From positions 128,001 to 192,000 of the IMG/VR virus record IMGVR_UViG_3300037466_002980: 64,000 bases of DNA; one strand, given 5' to 3'. Made by a program: the position numbers and the translations under genes. Numbering within the stretch: position 1 is the first letter of the stretch; each line of letters begins with the position of its first letter. Of the stretch, positions 1 to 10,300 are shown in pieces. This DNA comes from a virus. Lineage: Duplodnaviria; Heunggongvirae; Uroviricota; Caudoviricetes. The notes beneath the pieces were generated by a model, which was given only the letters and a program-made list of their open reading frames with translations, had not been told where the DNA came from and made no database searches.

Positions 1-1
1 C

Positions 2-211
2 GGCGGATATTATTCTGCTCCACCAACGGTAACTGTTGTTACATCAACTGGTTCCGGTGCTAATATTCAAGCAGTATTGACAAACGGTGCCGTTACCGGT
101 TTTAATATTGTAAGTGGTGGAACAAGTTATGCAGGTACAGATACATTTACATTATCTGCACCAACTGGTTCTGTTTCTACAGCAACAGCTTCCGCAACAT
201 ATTTCGCTTAA
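2..211 (+). CDS. 3' end of a virion structural protein (partial, runs off left edge)
   Basis: Frame 2 reads GGYYSAPPTVTVVTSTGSGA...SGGTSYAG...YFA*, a G-x-G-Y-x-x-A-P-T-V repeat seen in T4-like baseplate/tail proteins; followed by a terminator. Confidence 0.65.
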   Translation, partial: GGYYSAPPTVTVVTSTGSGANIQAVLTNGAVTGFNIVSGGTSYAGTDTFTLSAPTGSVSTATASATYFA

Positions 212-230
212 TCGAAATTTTGTGGACAAT

Positions 231-256
231 AAAAAAGGGGCAATTGCCCCTTTTTT
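231..256. terminator. Bidirectional intrinsic terminator
   Basis: AAAAAAGGGGC-AATT-GCCCCTTTTTT between convergent genes. Confidence 0.85.
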
Positions 257-262
257 GTTTAT

Positions 263-562
263 CTACGTGTCTTTTAATATTTTCCGAAGGATAAATTCAT
301 CAAACTTACTATAGGTATTTAATTTCTTCTCTAACCTAATCATGAGATCGAAATCAATGTCTTTACATCTTGCTTCCTCTTGAACCTTAACTAAAATGCC
401 TTTCAAAAGAAAGGCAGTGTATTCAAGATCATCATGAAATGTAATTGTTACACCTTGTCCATTATCAGATACACATACCGAAGAATTTCTGAAACCGTTG
501 GTTGCAAGAACATATTCAAGTGCTAAAATTTCTTTTGGTGATACAGAAAATTCTTTCTTCAT
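263..562 (-). CDS. Hypothetical protein (F-x3-D-x3-F-x-L-K family)
   Basis: Start moved to MKKEF because the longer ORF overlaps a tRNA; contains FHDDLEYTAFLLKG. Confidence 0.6.
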   Translation of the reverse strand: MKKEFSVSPKEILALEYVLATNGFRNSSVCVSDNGQGVTITFHDDLEYTAFLLKGILVKVQEEARCKDIDFDLMIRLEKKLNTYSKFDEFILRKILKDT

Positions 563-573
563 AATAATACCTA

Positions 574-648
574 TGGCATCGCTAGCGGGAATTGAACCCA
601 CATCTGAGTTTTAGGAGAACCCTATTCTATCCGTTGAACTATAGCGAT
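574..648 (-). tRNA. tRNA-Arg(CCT)
   Basis: Cloverleaf, anticodon loop CTCCTAA, encoded CCA. Confidence 0.9.
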
Positions 649-824
649 AAAATTATCTCTTTCGAGAAAAATCATTCTCTCGAAATCTTTCTTTATCCCA
701 ATATTTTCTTTTTTCGTCTCTTCTTTCTTTTCTATAATGACGTTCAAATCTCTTTCTTTCTTCGTATTCATCTTCTACGTCATCATTATATTCGTATTCG
801 TCATACGTATATCTTTTATTCATA

Positions 825-1064
825 TCACACCTGAATTTTATTTAACTCCTGTTGTAATCCGGAAAATCCACCCGGAATATATCTTCCATCTAAGAAAATT
901 TGAGGTACTGTCTTTACCTTACTATTAATTCTCTCTTCAAGCAATTTTAAGGTAGAACCTGTATCTACGTCAAAATATTCATATTGAATGTTTCTAGATT
1001 TGCATAAAGAAATAGCTTGCTTACAATAGGCACACCATTCGGCGCCGTAAATTTCAATCTTCAT
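825..1064 (-). CDS. Glutaredoxin
   Basis: WCAYC active site, TVPQIF and GG motifs. Confidence 0.9.
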   Translation of the reverse strand: MKIEIYGAEWCAYCKQAISLCKSRNIQYEYFDVDTGSTLKLLEERINSKVKTVPQIFLDGRYIPGGFSGLQQELNKIQV

Positions 1065-1125
1065 AGTGTCTCTCCATTGGAATTATTACTTATCATGTTT
1101 GTTATAGAAATAAAACATAGAGAGA

Positions 1126-1338
1126 TCATTCTATAATATTCATAAATTCTAAAGTACCATCGGGTAATTCGAATAATCCGATAGTGCTTATTTTTCTGTT
1201 TGAAAAAGGATTATTCTTTGGCATTTCATTGACTTTCATTACAATAACATTCTTTCTATATGTTTCTGTAATTCTAATTATTGTGCCTTTGAATCCTTTA
1301 AAATTTAGGGTGTTCCCTTCTTTGAAATATGATGCCAT
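1126..1338 (-). CDS. Hypothetical protein
   Basis: 70 aa ORF co-oriented with neighbours. Confidence 0.55.
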   Translation of the reverse strand: MASYFKEGNTLNFKGFKGTIIRITETYRKNVIVMKVNEMPKNNPFSNRKISTIGLFELPDGTLEFMNIIE

Positions 1339-1353
1339 GTTGTTTCTCTAAAA

Positions 1354-1428
1354 TGGAGGAACCAATGAGAATCAAACTCATATCTGCCGATTCGGACTCG
1401 ACGATTCTTTTCGTTGAACTATGGTTCC
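1354..1428 (-). tRNA. tRNA-Arg(CCG), atypical D/T loops
   Basis: GGAACCA/TGGTTCC acceptor, loop GTCCGAA, CCA. Confidence 0.75.
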
Positions 1429-1429
1429 A

Positions 1430-1512
1430 TGGTGCCGAAAGTGAGACTCGAACTCACGAAGATTACTCGGTTGCTTACGAAACAACTGCAATTGCCACTA
1501 TGCGATTTCGGC
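1430..1512 (-). tRNA. tRNA-Thr(CGT), enlarged variable region
   Basis: GCCGAAA acceptor, loop TTCGTAA, T arm GTGAG-TTCGAGT-CTCAC, CCA. Confidence 0.85.
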
Positions 1513-1522
1513 TCTGTTTTAT

Positions 1523-1771
1523 TTATTGTTTCTGCGAAGGATAAACTATTGTATCGAGATCTACAACGTCTTTTCCTAGTGCATCGCGAAATTTATCTAA
1601 CGCCCATTTCAAATCCTCAAGACTTTCAAATTCCATCTTAACAGGATTCTCAGTTTGTCCTTCAATTTCGCCCTTTAAATTATAATATACTTCTTTTATC
1701 GAATATAATGTAGTTTCTTCATCTTCATTATATTTTACAGTTTCTTTACAAACTCTATAATTCCAAGACAT
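1523..1771 (-). CDS. Hypothetical phage protein
   Basis: MSWNYRV...YSIKEVYY, 82 aa ORF. Confidence 0.65.
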   Translation of the reverse strand: MSWNYRVCKETVKYNEDEETTLYSIKEVYYNLKGEIEGQTENPVKMEFESLEDLKWALDKFRDALGKDVVDLDTIVYPSQKQ

Positions 1772-1921
1772 TACGATACCTTCATTAATTCAATGTGTAC
1801 TTGCAATAATCTTTCAAATTCTGATTTTGAAATTTTATTATCTCGAATTCCATTATATAAGAATTTAATTCTTCCGCTTTCATCCATAAACTTAAAATTA
1901 GGAAATTTTTCAATATCTTTA

Positions 1922-2410
1922 TCATTCATTTGGAAATTCCTTTAAAATTCGTTCTCTAACCTTCATTAAAACAATTCCTAAACGATTTTCACCTTTCCAG
2001 GTTGCCATATCGTGTGCTCTCGGGTCTTCTTCGGCAAGGCCGATTCCCCAGATATCATCGACTGGACTAGCTTCCACAATAATTGTATCTCCAGTTGCCA
2101 ATAATGCAGACTTAGGGATTTCATTCTGAATAAACTTTTGATATAATCCGTCAACCATTATATCAATATTTTCTCGATCCCATTCTTCTCTATTAAAATT
2201 TCTTACTTGTCTTCCAAGAGATTTCTGCACACTTGGATCAGTAGTTTCTAAAATCAATTGAGCAACTTCTGTATCATTAAAAAGCATAGCCTTTCGATAC
2301 ATCATGTATTGTTCACCACAAGAGAATGTAATTTCATTCCATGTGAATTTGCTAGGATACCAATTGGAGAAAGGACTTCTATTTCTCCAGAAAAATGTAA
2401 ATTTTGACAT
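1922..2410 (-). CDS. NADAR (YbiA-like) family protein
   Basis: FSNWY, EQYMMYRKA, KSLGRQV, EASPVDDIWGIG, GENRLG motifs. Confidence 0.92.
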   Translation of the reverse strand: MSKFTFFWRNRSPFSNWYPSKFTWNEITFSCGEQYMMYRKAMLFNDTEVAQLILETTDPSVQKSLGRQVRNFNREEWDRENIDIMVDGLYQKFIQNEIPKSALLATGDTIIVEASPVDDIWGIGLAEEDPRAHDMATWKGENRLGIVLMKVRERILKEFPNE

Positions 2411-2425
2411 GATTTTATTTTAAGT

Positions 2426-2502
2426 TGGTCCGGATGGCAGGATTCAAACCCACATCGTTCACTTTAGAAGAGTGATGCCTTGTTCAATTAGACCACACCC
2501 GG
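2426..2502 (-). tRNA. tRNA-Arg(TCT)
   Basis: TCACT-CTTCTAA-AGTGA anticodon arm, CCA. Confidence 0.85.
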
Positions 2503-2641
2503 ATTGATTTTTAATTTTTAGATTGTTTACGCCAGGCAAATGCTGCGCCAATAAGTCCCGGAAGGACAACAAAAACAAGAACTGAAACGAAAATTTCCAT
2601 TATTTTTCCTTTGTGTGAATTTGGTAGGTAATTTCAATAAT

Positions 2642-2716
2642 TGGTGCGTCTGGAAAGGATCGAACTTTCTGCCCTTACTATGTCAAAGTAATGCTCTTCC
2701 AATGAGCTACAGACGC
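2642..2716 (-). tRNA. tRNA-Val(GAC)
   Basis: TTACT-TTGACAT-AGTAA arm, CCA. Confidence 0.9.
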
Positions 2717-3099
2717 TAAATTCTTTTCTTATTGCCCCATGTGGGTGTCATTCTATGACAATTTGGACATAAAAATCTCCAATTTGATGGTAACTCATTA
2801 TTGTTATTACCATCAATATGATCTATATCTAAGATAAGTTTTTCACCCAACCATTCTGATATATTGCAGATCGAACATTTATAACCATCTCTTTTTTCGA
2901 GAAATTTAGAAACTATTGGTTTATTTGCCTTTGAAGAAATTTTACCTTCAAGTATTGCTGGTAATGTTATGGTTTCATACCTGTATTTCCATTGACAAAT
3001 ATTATTACAATATTTATTTTTACCTCCCCGGCACCAATCATTGTTCTTACCACATGCTAGACAGGAATATTGCCTTTTTCCCTTATAACCACTCGGCAT
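2716..3099 (-). CDS. HNH endonuclease
   Basis: CSIC...LDIDHIDGNNNN...NWRFLCPNCH. Confidence 0.9.
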   Translation of the reverse strand: MPSGYKGKRQYSCLACGKNNDWCRGGKNKYCNNICQWKYRYETITLPAILEGKISSKANKPIVSKFLEKRDGYKCSICNISEWLGEKLILDIDHIDGNNNNELPSNWRFLCPNCHRMTPTWGNKKRI

Positions 3100-3100
3100 A

Positions 3101-3331
3101 TTATCTAATTCTTGTTATTAAATATCTATCTTTAATGTTATTGTGATAAAAATGCCCCGGAGATCTATCTTTACTCCATTTTTCAAATGTTGTTCTAGTT
3201 ATTCCTTTTATTGAATAAACCTTACCATTTGATAAACACATAGTAAGAATTTTATTCGGACGATTATAGATGAGGTCAGTTATCCAGGTTGATTCAACTG
3301 GTTTCTCTCCTAGGAATTCCACTGCTCTCAT
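3101..3331 (-). CDS. KTSC-domain protein
   Basis: VESTWI-x3-Y...NGKVY...SPGHFYHNNIK matches the KTSC pattern. Confidence 0.75.
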   Translation of the reverse strand: MRAVEFLGEKPVESTWITDLIYNRPNKILTMCLSNGKVYSIKGITRTTFEKWSKDRSPGHFYHNNIKDRYLITRIR

Positions 3332-3806
3332 TTCTTATATATTCAATAAATTTAAAGTTATAAGGTGTTGTACCACCTTCGGTAACTGTATTTACCTTCC
3401 ATATGTTCTTATCTATCTTCGGAAAGTATGCATCAGCCATTGCTTCTGCATCAATTTCTGTGATAATTAGCTTATCAGCATATTCTATAGTCTGTTCATA
3501 AATCGACGAACCACCAATTACAACTATTTCATTATAACAATGTTCGATAGATAAAGCTGATTCAATATTTTCAGCACGTATTACACCATGCCCGAGCAAT
3601 TCTTTTCGGCTTACTACCACACTTCGTCTTCCAGATAATGGTTTTCCAATACTTTCGAAAGTATTTCTACCCATTACTATCACTTTACCCATAGTGTAGG
3701 TTTTAAAATGTTGCATATCTTCGGGAATTTTCCAAAGTAATTTATTGGCAAATCCTATTTCGTTATTTCTACCTATGGCAGCAATGAGTGTAATCATTTT
3801 GGCCAC
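3294..3806 (-). CDS. folA: Dihydrofolate reductase
   Basis: IAAIGRNNEIG, LLWKIPEDMQHFK, VMGRNTFES, LSGR, VIGG motifs. Confidence 0.95.
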   Translation of the reverse strand: MAKMITLIAAIGRNNEIGFANKLLWKIPEDMQHFKTYTMGKVIVMGRNTFESIGKPLSGRRSVVVSRKELLGHGVIRAENIESALSIEHCYNEIVVIGGSSIYEQTIEYADKLIITEIDAEAMADAYFPKIDKNIWKVNTVTEGGTTPYNFKFIEYIRNESSGIPRRETS

Positions 3807-3991
3807 CTATCATTTTTAATAGAATCGGATTTTAAATGACTAAGAACCATTTTCTTAACAGGTCCTAATCTTTCTATAAATTCACCGGGTTTTGCATTTC
3901 TAGTACCATGTAACATTCGATGGATGTTAGCATCTTCTACTAACTTTCTCAATATATCACATGCATCTTTTTGAATAGATTTGTTTTTCAT
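3794..3991 (-). CDS. Hypothetical protein
   Basis: Start trimmed to MKNKSIQ, downstream of tRNA-Ser. Confidence 0.5.
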   Translation of the reverse strand: MKNKSIQKDACDILRKLVEDANIHRMLHGTRNAKPGEFIERLGPVKKMVLSHLKSDSIKNDRWPK

Positions 3992-3997
3992 AAAATC

Positions 3998-4088
3998 TGG
4001 CGGAAACGGGGAGAGTCGAACTCCCAAGGCGCTATTAACACTCGGCTGTTTTCAAGACAGTTTTCGTCACCAATCGATTTGCATTTCC
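3998..4088 (-). tRNA. tRNA-Ser(TGA)
   Basis: Loop CTTGAAA, long variable arm, G73, CCA. Confidence 0.9.
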
Positions 4089-4164
4089 TAAAAATTCAGA
4101 GCTGGTGCGCTCCCTTCTTACGGGTCATCTAATCCTTTTGAATTAGAAAAGCATCTCTGTTAAA

Positions 4165-4264
4165 TGGTATCCCCACTGGGGTTCGAACCCAGAACGTGCG
4201 CTAATCTGGCGCCACGAAGTGCCACTTTATAAGAGTGGTGTTTTACCAATTAAACTACAGGGAC
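4165..4264 (-). tRNA. tRNA-Ile(TAT) with very large two-hairpin variable region
   Basis: CCACT-CTTATAA-AGTGG arm, about 29 nt insert, T arm CTGGG-TTCGAAC-CCCAG, ACCA. Confidence 0.75.
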
Positions 4265-4578
4265 AATTAAGATTATTCTTTTGTAGGAAGAACCTTATCT
4301 TTGATTACTCCCCAAAGTTTCATCCAAAATGGGGAAAATATTGCACCAACTATAATACCAAAAATAAAATCCATATTTTACCTCTTATTTAGGTAGCTGA
4401 CCTGGTGTTGTATTAGTAGCTTTTGTTGGTTCCTCACTTACGGTCTGTGACGGACCTGGAACTACATTACCACTATTCTTAGTCTTCTTTACAATAAAAT
4501 AAACAACCACAGCAATTAAAACTACCACTACACCTGATGTTAACATAACTTTCTCCTAATTAGAATTATATTTATCTC

Positions 4579-4652
4579 TGGAGCGGGATAGGGGAATCGA
4601 ACCCCTGTCTTGGACTTGGAAGGACCTCGTTCTACCATTAAACTAATCCCGC
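4579..4652 (-). tRNA. tRNA-Gly(TCC)
   Basis: GCGGGA acceptor, loop CTTCCAA, U73, CCA. Confidence 0.9.
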
Positions 4653-4776
4653 AATTTATCTAATATATTTCCCATAATGTTTTCCAATCTTCCCATAAAA
4701 TTGGACATTAGAGGAGATATTTCGTTCTGATTATTGATATTTCCCAACTGTAACTAATATCAATAGAACGCAATTC

Positions 4777-5052
4777 TTAACCAGCAAATCCTTTAATTCC
4801 TGTATTTTTAAAAGATTCGCTTCTTTCTTTAATTTTCTGTTCAGAAATAATTTTATTGGATTGATCGATTAAAAATTCTCCTAATTCTTTTAATTGTTTC
4901 GGAGTAATAAACATCTCATCGATGCCACGTCGACCTTCATCAACATAATTCCTTTCAAATTTCATATATACTAATTTAGAGTATTTATCACTCTCGTTTA
5001 CAGTGATCTCTGTATAGAAGCTTTCGTTTGCATCGATTCTAAATTTAGACAT
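4777..5052 (-). CDS. Hypothetical protein
   Basis: 91 aa ORF between tRNAs. Confidence 0.6.
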   Translation of the reverse strand: MSKFRIDANESFYTEITVNESDKYSKLVYMKFERNYVDEGRRGIDEMFITPKQLKELGEFLIDQSNKIISEQKIKERSESFKNTGIKGFAG

Positions 5053-5068
5053 ATAAAACTTTCATATT

Positions 5069-5144
5069 TGGTGCCGGAGAAAGGATTCGAACCCTCGACC
5101 TTCTCATTACAAGTGAGTTGCTCTACCAACTGAGCTACACCGGC
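5069..5144 (-). tRNA. tRNA-Thr(TGT)
   Basis: Canonical cloverleaf, loop CTTGTAA. Confidence 0.95.
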
Positions 5145-5192
5145 GTAACAATATTTATTATACGATATTAAAAATAATAAATCAAATTGTTT

Positions 5193-6011
5193 TCAACTTG
5201 AACAGACGGTTGCTTTTTGTTTTCTAATACTCTTTGTCGGAGAAGGCCACATTGTTTTAGAGAATTGTACATTAAACAATAATGGAAAGTTAATTCCTGT
5301 ATCTGCCTCAACCTTCTCAAACGGAACAATAAAACTATTCAAATTTGCATTAGAAGCTTGATTTAGAAATTCAGTCACAATTGCTTCGTGTGTTGTCATA
5401 TCAAAAATAATCTTATAGAATGCATGAGGTACAGTCACACCATTACCTATTGTCTTATCGTTCTTATTATAAATTGGTCCAACATAGATAAGCAATGAAT
5501 GTTGACGATTTGATGCCCATGCTCTTGTTTGATCTTCAAGATCTTTCCAAATTCCACGATTAAATCCCGGAACTTGTGGAGCCATATTACTCAATAAGAA
5601 ACTTTCACGTTCTACGTCGACATCCCAACTCATATCTTCATCATTTGCCTGGTGTCCAATATCATATCCCGAATGCGAATAATCTTTAGGTGTGGAATAT
5701 GCAGGTAAACTTGTATCGGCACGAAATGCATTCGAACGTCTTACACATCCAACAGTATGTTCTGGTGTAAGAACATACGATACCCACACAGGAATTTTAG
5801 AATTATTATCATGTTCTAACATATATGCTTTTCTGCAAACTAATGTTGTGTTTGTTCTGTTTGATGTAGGTTTTCCAAAAGGAACCTGACCATTGCATTC
5901 TGTACTGAATAACGGTCCAGATAATGCAGCATTTGTTTCTTTCTGTGTCAATACAAGAAAAGTTATGACAGCAGAAACCATTAAAACCATATAAATTACA
6001 ATTCTTTTCAT
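5193..6011 (-). CDS. DNA/RNA non-specific endonuclease (NucA/EndoG-like) with N-terminal signal or anchor
   Basis: GYDIGH, FLLSNMAPQ, FNRGIW-x2-LE, VPHAFYK. Confidence 0.9.
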   Translation of the reverse strand: MKRIVIYMVLMVSAVITFLVLTQKETNAALSGPLFSTECNGQVPFGKPTSNRTNTTLVCRKAYMLEHDNNSKIPVWVSYVLTPEHTVGCVRRSNAFRADTSLPAYSTPKDYSHSGYDIGHQANDEDMSWDVDVERESFLLSNMAPQVPGFNRGIWKDLEDQTRAWASNRQHSLLIYVGPIYNKNDKTIGNGVTVPHAFYKIIFDMTTHEAIVTEFLNQASNANLNSFIVPFEKVEADTGINFPLLFNVQFSKTMWPSPTKSIRKQKATVCSS

Positions 6012-6069
6012 TATATTCCAATCTACTAAATTTTTAAATAAATATAGGAGTTCGTCTGAAAGGTCCTAT

Positions 6070-7140
6070 ATGAAAAATCCAAATATTCTTTTTATTCTTA
6101 AGCGTCGGGATGATTATAATCCAATTAAACATAGTCCAAAAGGACTAAGCACTGGATTATTTAATTCAGCAACCTTCATGTCTGATATGTTAACTAAGAA
6201 TGATGTCGAATCTCATTTAGAAGTTGCTATTGATAATAATTGTATTGATAGATTAGTAACATTACATAAACCAACGCATGTTATTATTGAAGCACTCTGG
6301 GTTGTTCCCACTAAGTTTGTAATTTTAACAAAATTACACCCAAATGTCAAATGGATAATTCGGTTACATTCCGAACTACCATTTCTTGCAGGCGAAGGCA
6401 TTGCAATGGATTGGATTGCAGAATATTCTTCATTTAAAAATATCTCTATAGGTGTAAATGCACCAAGAATGTTAAGTGAAACAAGAACCTATCTTCAATT
6501 AAGAAATAATTGGACACAAGAAGAAACAGAAAATAGAGTTTTTTACATGCCGAACTATTATCCGCAAGAATATAAATATAAAGAATACAACATAGATAAA
6601 GATTATATCAATATTGGATGTTTTGGTGCAATTCGACCACTCAAAAACCATATGGTTCAAGCATTGGCGGCAGTCAAGTTTGCAGAACATATCGGAAAGA
6701 AATTAAGATTTTGTATTAATGAAGGACGAATCGAAATGAACGGTAGTCCTGTTCAATCAAACCTACGTGATTTCTTTCAAGAATTATATCATAGAGGCCA
6801 TAAGTTGATTCATATCGAATGGACACCCAGACAGGAATTCCTAAAAATATGTGAATCAATGGATATTGGTTTACAGGTATCATTTAGTGAAACATTTAAT
6901 ATTGTAGGTGCTGATATTATTTCACAAGGAGTTCCCTTAGTTGGATCATTAGAGATACCGTGGTTTGATAAAACCTATGCAGCAGATGCAGTGAATAGTG
7001 ATGATATATACAAATCTTTATTGTTAACACATCATTGGCCACAGCACAATGTTGAAATTAATCAACAGAATTTAAAGAAATATACCGATAATACCGAACA
7101 AGTTTGGTTAAGATACTTTTTAGAGGATAAAACACAATGA
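6070..7140 (+). CDS. GT-B fold glycosyltransferase
   Basis: GCFGAIRPLKNH and QVSFSETFNIV (E-x-F) motifs. Confidence 0.7.
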   Translation: MKNPNILFILKRRDDYNPIKHSPKGLSTGLFNSATFMSDMLTKNDVESHLEVAIDNNCIDRLVTLHKPTHVIIEALWVVPTKFVILTKLHPNVKWIIRLHSELPFLAGEGIAMDWIAEYSSFKNISIGVNAPRMLSETRTYLQLRNNWTQEETENRVFYMPNYYPQEYKYKEYNIDKDYINIGCFGAIRPLKNHMVQALAAVKFAEHIGKKLRFCINEGRIEMNGSPVQSNLRDFFQELYHRGHKLIHIEWTPRQEFLKICESMDIGLQVSFSETFNIVGADIISQGVPLVGSLEIPWFDKTYAADAVNSDDIYKSLLLTHHWPQHNVEINQQNLKKYTDNTEQVWLRYFLEDKTQ

Positions 7141-7337
7141 GAATTAATAATTATTTACTTAGAATGTTTAGATATATTGAGGGAGAACTATTTAGCGAGG
7201 ATATAATTTTTGAAAGTATAGAATCTGCTATCAGACATGGAGAAAGACAAGATTGTCATAGTTTCAAAATTTACAATCACAACGGAAATATTTGCCACGA
7301 ATATAGAAAACACCACCACAAACCCACATATTCATAA
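7137..7337 (+). CDS. Hypothetical protein
   Basis: ATGA overlap with the upstream gene. Confidence 0.55.
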   Translation: MRINNYLLRMFRYIEGELFSEDIIFESIESAIRHGERQDCHSFKIYNHNGNICHEYRKHHHKPTYS

Positions 7338-7341
7338 TTTC

Positions 7342-10300
7342 TTATGTTATGTCGGGAAATATCATAAACAGTTTGGGTTTATTCCTTATCATAACTTTTC
7401 CACCTAGTACTGATATATACTTCTTCGATACATTTGTTACCTCAGGTAAAGAATATTCCGAAGAAGTATATTCCCGAACATCAGAGGAGATACCATCGAG
7501 TGCATCTGCTGTTTCATCTATTGATGCAGTATCCGAAGAATATCCACATGTATCTGTTGCTATTGCAATTTCAGTCTTTGATTCGGTATATGTAACAGTT
7601 TCAAATGTTGAATCTGTTGGCACACCTATTTCGTTTATAGTTACATGATAGTTTACACTTACAGAGGAGCTATCAACTGCATTAATTGTTTCATTGATAG
7701 AAACAGATATTCCCACTGAATTACTATCGGTTGCATTTGCTGTTTCGGTAATGGATACAGAAAATTGATCATTAACAGTTACAATATCAGTTGCTGCGAC
7801 AGCTTCAATTATTGATGCAGATATTTGATCACCAGCCGATACCGCATCAACTGCTGTTACTGTTTCGATTATTGAAGTTGATGTTAATGTAGTGGCAGAA
7901 CTATTATCAATTACAGAAACAATTTCAGTTACCGTATCCGACGTAATCCAAGTTCCTGTATCTGTTTCAGTTGCTATCGTTGATTCAGTTATAGAATCAG
8001 ATAAAACATTATTTGTATTTTCAGAATCTAAAGCATTGGCTGTTTCAGTAATAGAGGCATTAGCTATCCAGGCACTAGAATTTATATCTGTAGCCGTTAC
8101 CAACTCAGTGACAGAATCAGCAGTTACCCAATTTCCAATATTGTTATCTGTTGCACTTGTGGTTTCTGTAATTTCAAGGAAAATACCTAAGATATTATCA
8201 TCTGTAGCATTTGCAGTTTCTGTTATAGATACATTTGTTATCCAATTACCTGTATCGGTTTCAGTTGCTGCACCAGTTTCTGTTATTGATGCTAAAGCAA
8301 TCCAAGTTGCGGAATCAATTTCAGTTGCAGTACCGGATTCAGATATACTTGAACTTGTTATCCAATTGCCTGTGTCGGTTTCGGTAGCAATGCTTGATTC
8401 AGTTATGCTTGAACTTGTTATCCAATTACCTATATCAGTTTCGGTTGCTGCACCAGTTTCTGTTATTGATGCTAAAGCAATCCAAGTTGCTGTATCTGTT
8501 TCAGTGGCAGTACCTGTTTCAGTTACTGATACTGATATTAAATCACCAGCCGATGTAGTATCGGTGGCCGAGACTGATTCAGTTATAGAAACTGAGGTTA
8601 TATTACCTGCTGATACCGTATCAGTTGCCGATGCAGATTCAGTTATGGTTGCTGATTCGATATCACCCGCAGATACCGTATCAGTCACTGATGCGACTTC
8701 TGTCAAGGTAACATTTGTTACCCAATTACCTACATCGGTTTCTGTAGCAGCACCTGTTTCTGTTATTGATGTTACTGCAATCCAAGTTGCAGAACCAGTT
8801 TCAGTTGCAGAACCTGTTTCTGTAATAGAAACAGATATTTGATCTCCTGCTGATACTATATCAGTTGCTGATGCAGATTCAGCTATAGAAACAGATATTT
8901 GATCTCCTGCTGATACTGTATCAGTTGCTGATACAGATTCTGCAATAGAACTTGAAGTGATATTACCTGCAGATATACTTTCAATTGCTGTGGTCGCTTC
9001 CGTAATAGAAGTCGTTGTTACATTACCAGCCGATGCTGTATCGGTTGTAGAAGCGATTTCTATAACTGAACCGCCTGCCGTCCATATAGATGATTCACTA
9101 TCAATAGCAGAGCCTGTTTCTGTAATAGAAACAGATATTTGATCTCCTGCTGATACTGTATCAGTTGCACTTGCACTTTCGGTTATGCTCGAACTTGTTA
9201 TCCAATTGCCTGTATCGGTTTCTGTAGCTGTTCCACTTTCTGTTATTGATGCTAAAGCAATCCAGGTTGCTGTATCAGTTTCGGAGGCAGTTGTAGCTTC
9301 TGTAATTGAAGCGGTGGTTAAATCACCAGCTATCACATTATCAGTTGCTGTGGTTGCTTCGGTTATAGTGGAACTGGTTATCCAATTTCCCGTATCAGTT
9401 TCGGTTGCTGTGGTTGTTTCTGTAACAGAGGCACCAACTGTCCATATAACAGAGAAGGTTTCAGTAGCGGTACCTGTTTCTGTTACCGATCCGGCTGTAA
9501 TTCGACTACCTGTATCAGTTTCAGTTGCTGATGCTGATTCAGTTATGTTCGAATTTGTTATCCAATTACCTGTATCGGTTTCGGTTGCATTAGCAGTTTC
9601 GGTTATGCTCGAACTTGTTATCCAATTGCCTGTATCTGTTTCAGTTGCTGATGCTGATTCTATCAAGGTAGCACTTGTTATCCAATTGCCTGTATCAGTT
9701 TCTGTGGCAGCACCTGTTTCTGTTATAGTTGCAGATGTAACATTGCCAGCCGATACGGTATCAATGGCAACACTCGTCTCTGTAATAGGAGCACCAATTG
9801 TCCATACAACAGAGAAGGAATCAGCTGCACTTGCTGTTTCGGTTATAATTGCTGATTCGATATCACCCGCAGATACTGTATCAGTTGCACTTGCACTTTC
9901 GGTTATGCTCGAACTTGTTATCCAATTGCCTGTATCGGTTTCTGTAGCTGTTCCACTTTCTGTTATTGAAGCTAATGCTGTCCATAATACCGATTCGCTA
10001 TCAGTGGCAGCACCTGTTTCAGTTACCGAACCAGCTGTAATTCGACTACCCGTATCTGTTTCAGTTGCTGATGCTGATTCTGTCAAGGTAGCACTTGTTA
10101 TCCAATTACCTGTATCTGTTTCTGTAGCAGTACCTGTTTCTGTTATAGTTGCCGATGTTGTCCATTTTACAGTATCAGTTTCAGTAGCTGTTCCACTTTC
10201 TGTTATTGATGCTAAAGCAATCCAAGTTGCTGTATCTGTTTCAGTGGCAGTACCTGTTTCAGTTACTGATCCAGCTGTAACTCGACTGCCTGTATCAGTT

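Noticed and set aside
1329-1641. Plus-strand ORFs over tRNA genes (also 25240, 29340, 43750, 49267, 50335)
   Set aside because: They are antisense to well-formed tRNAs and have no protein features.
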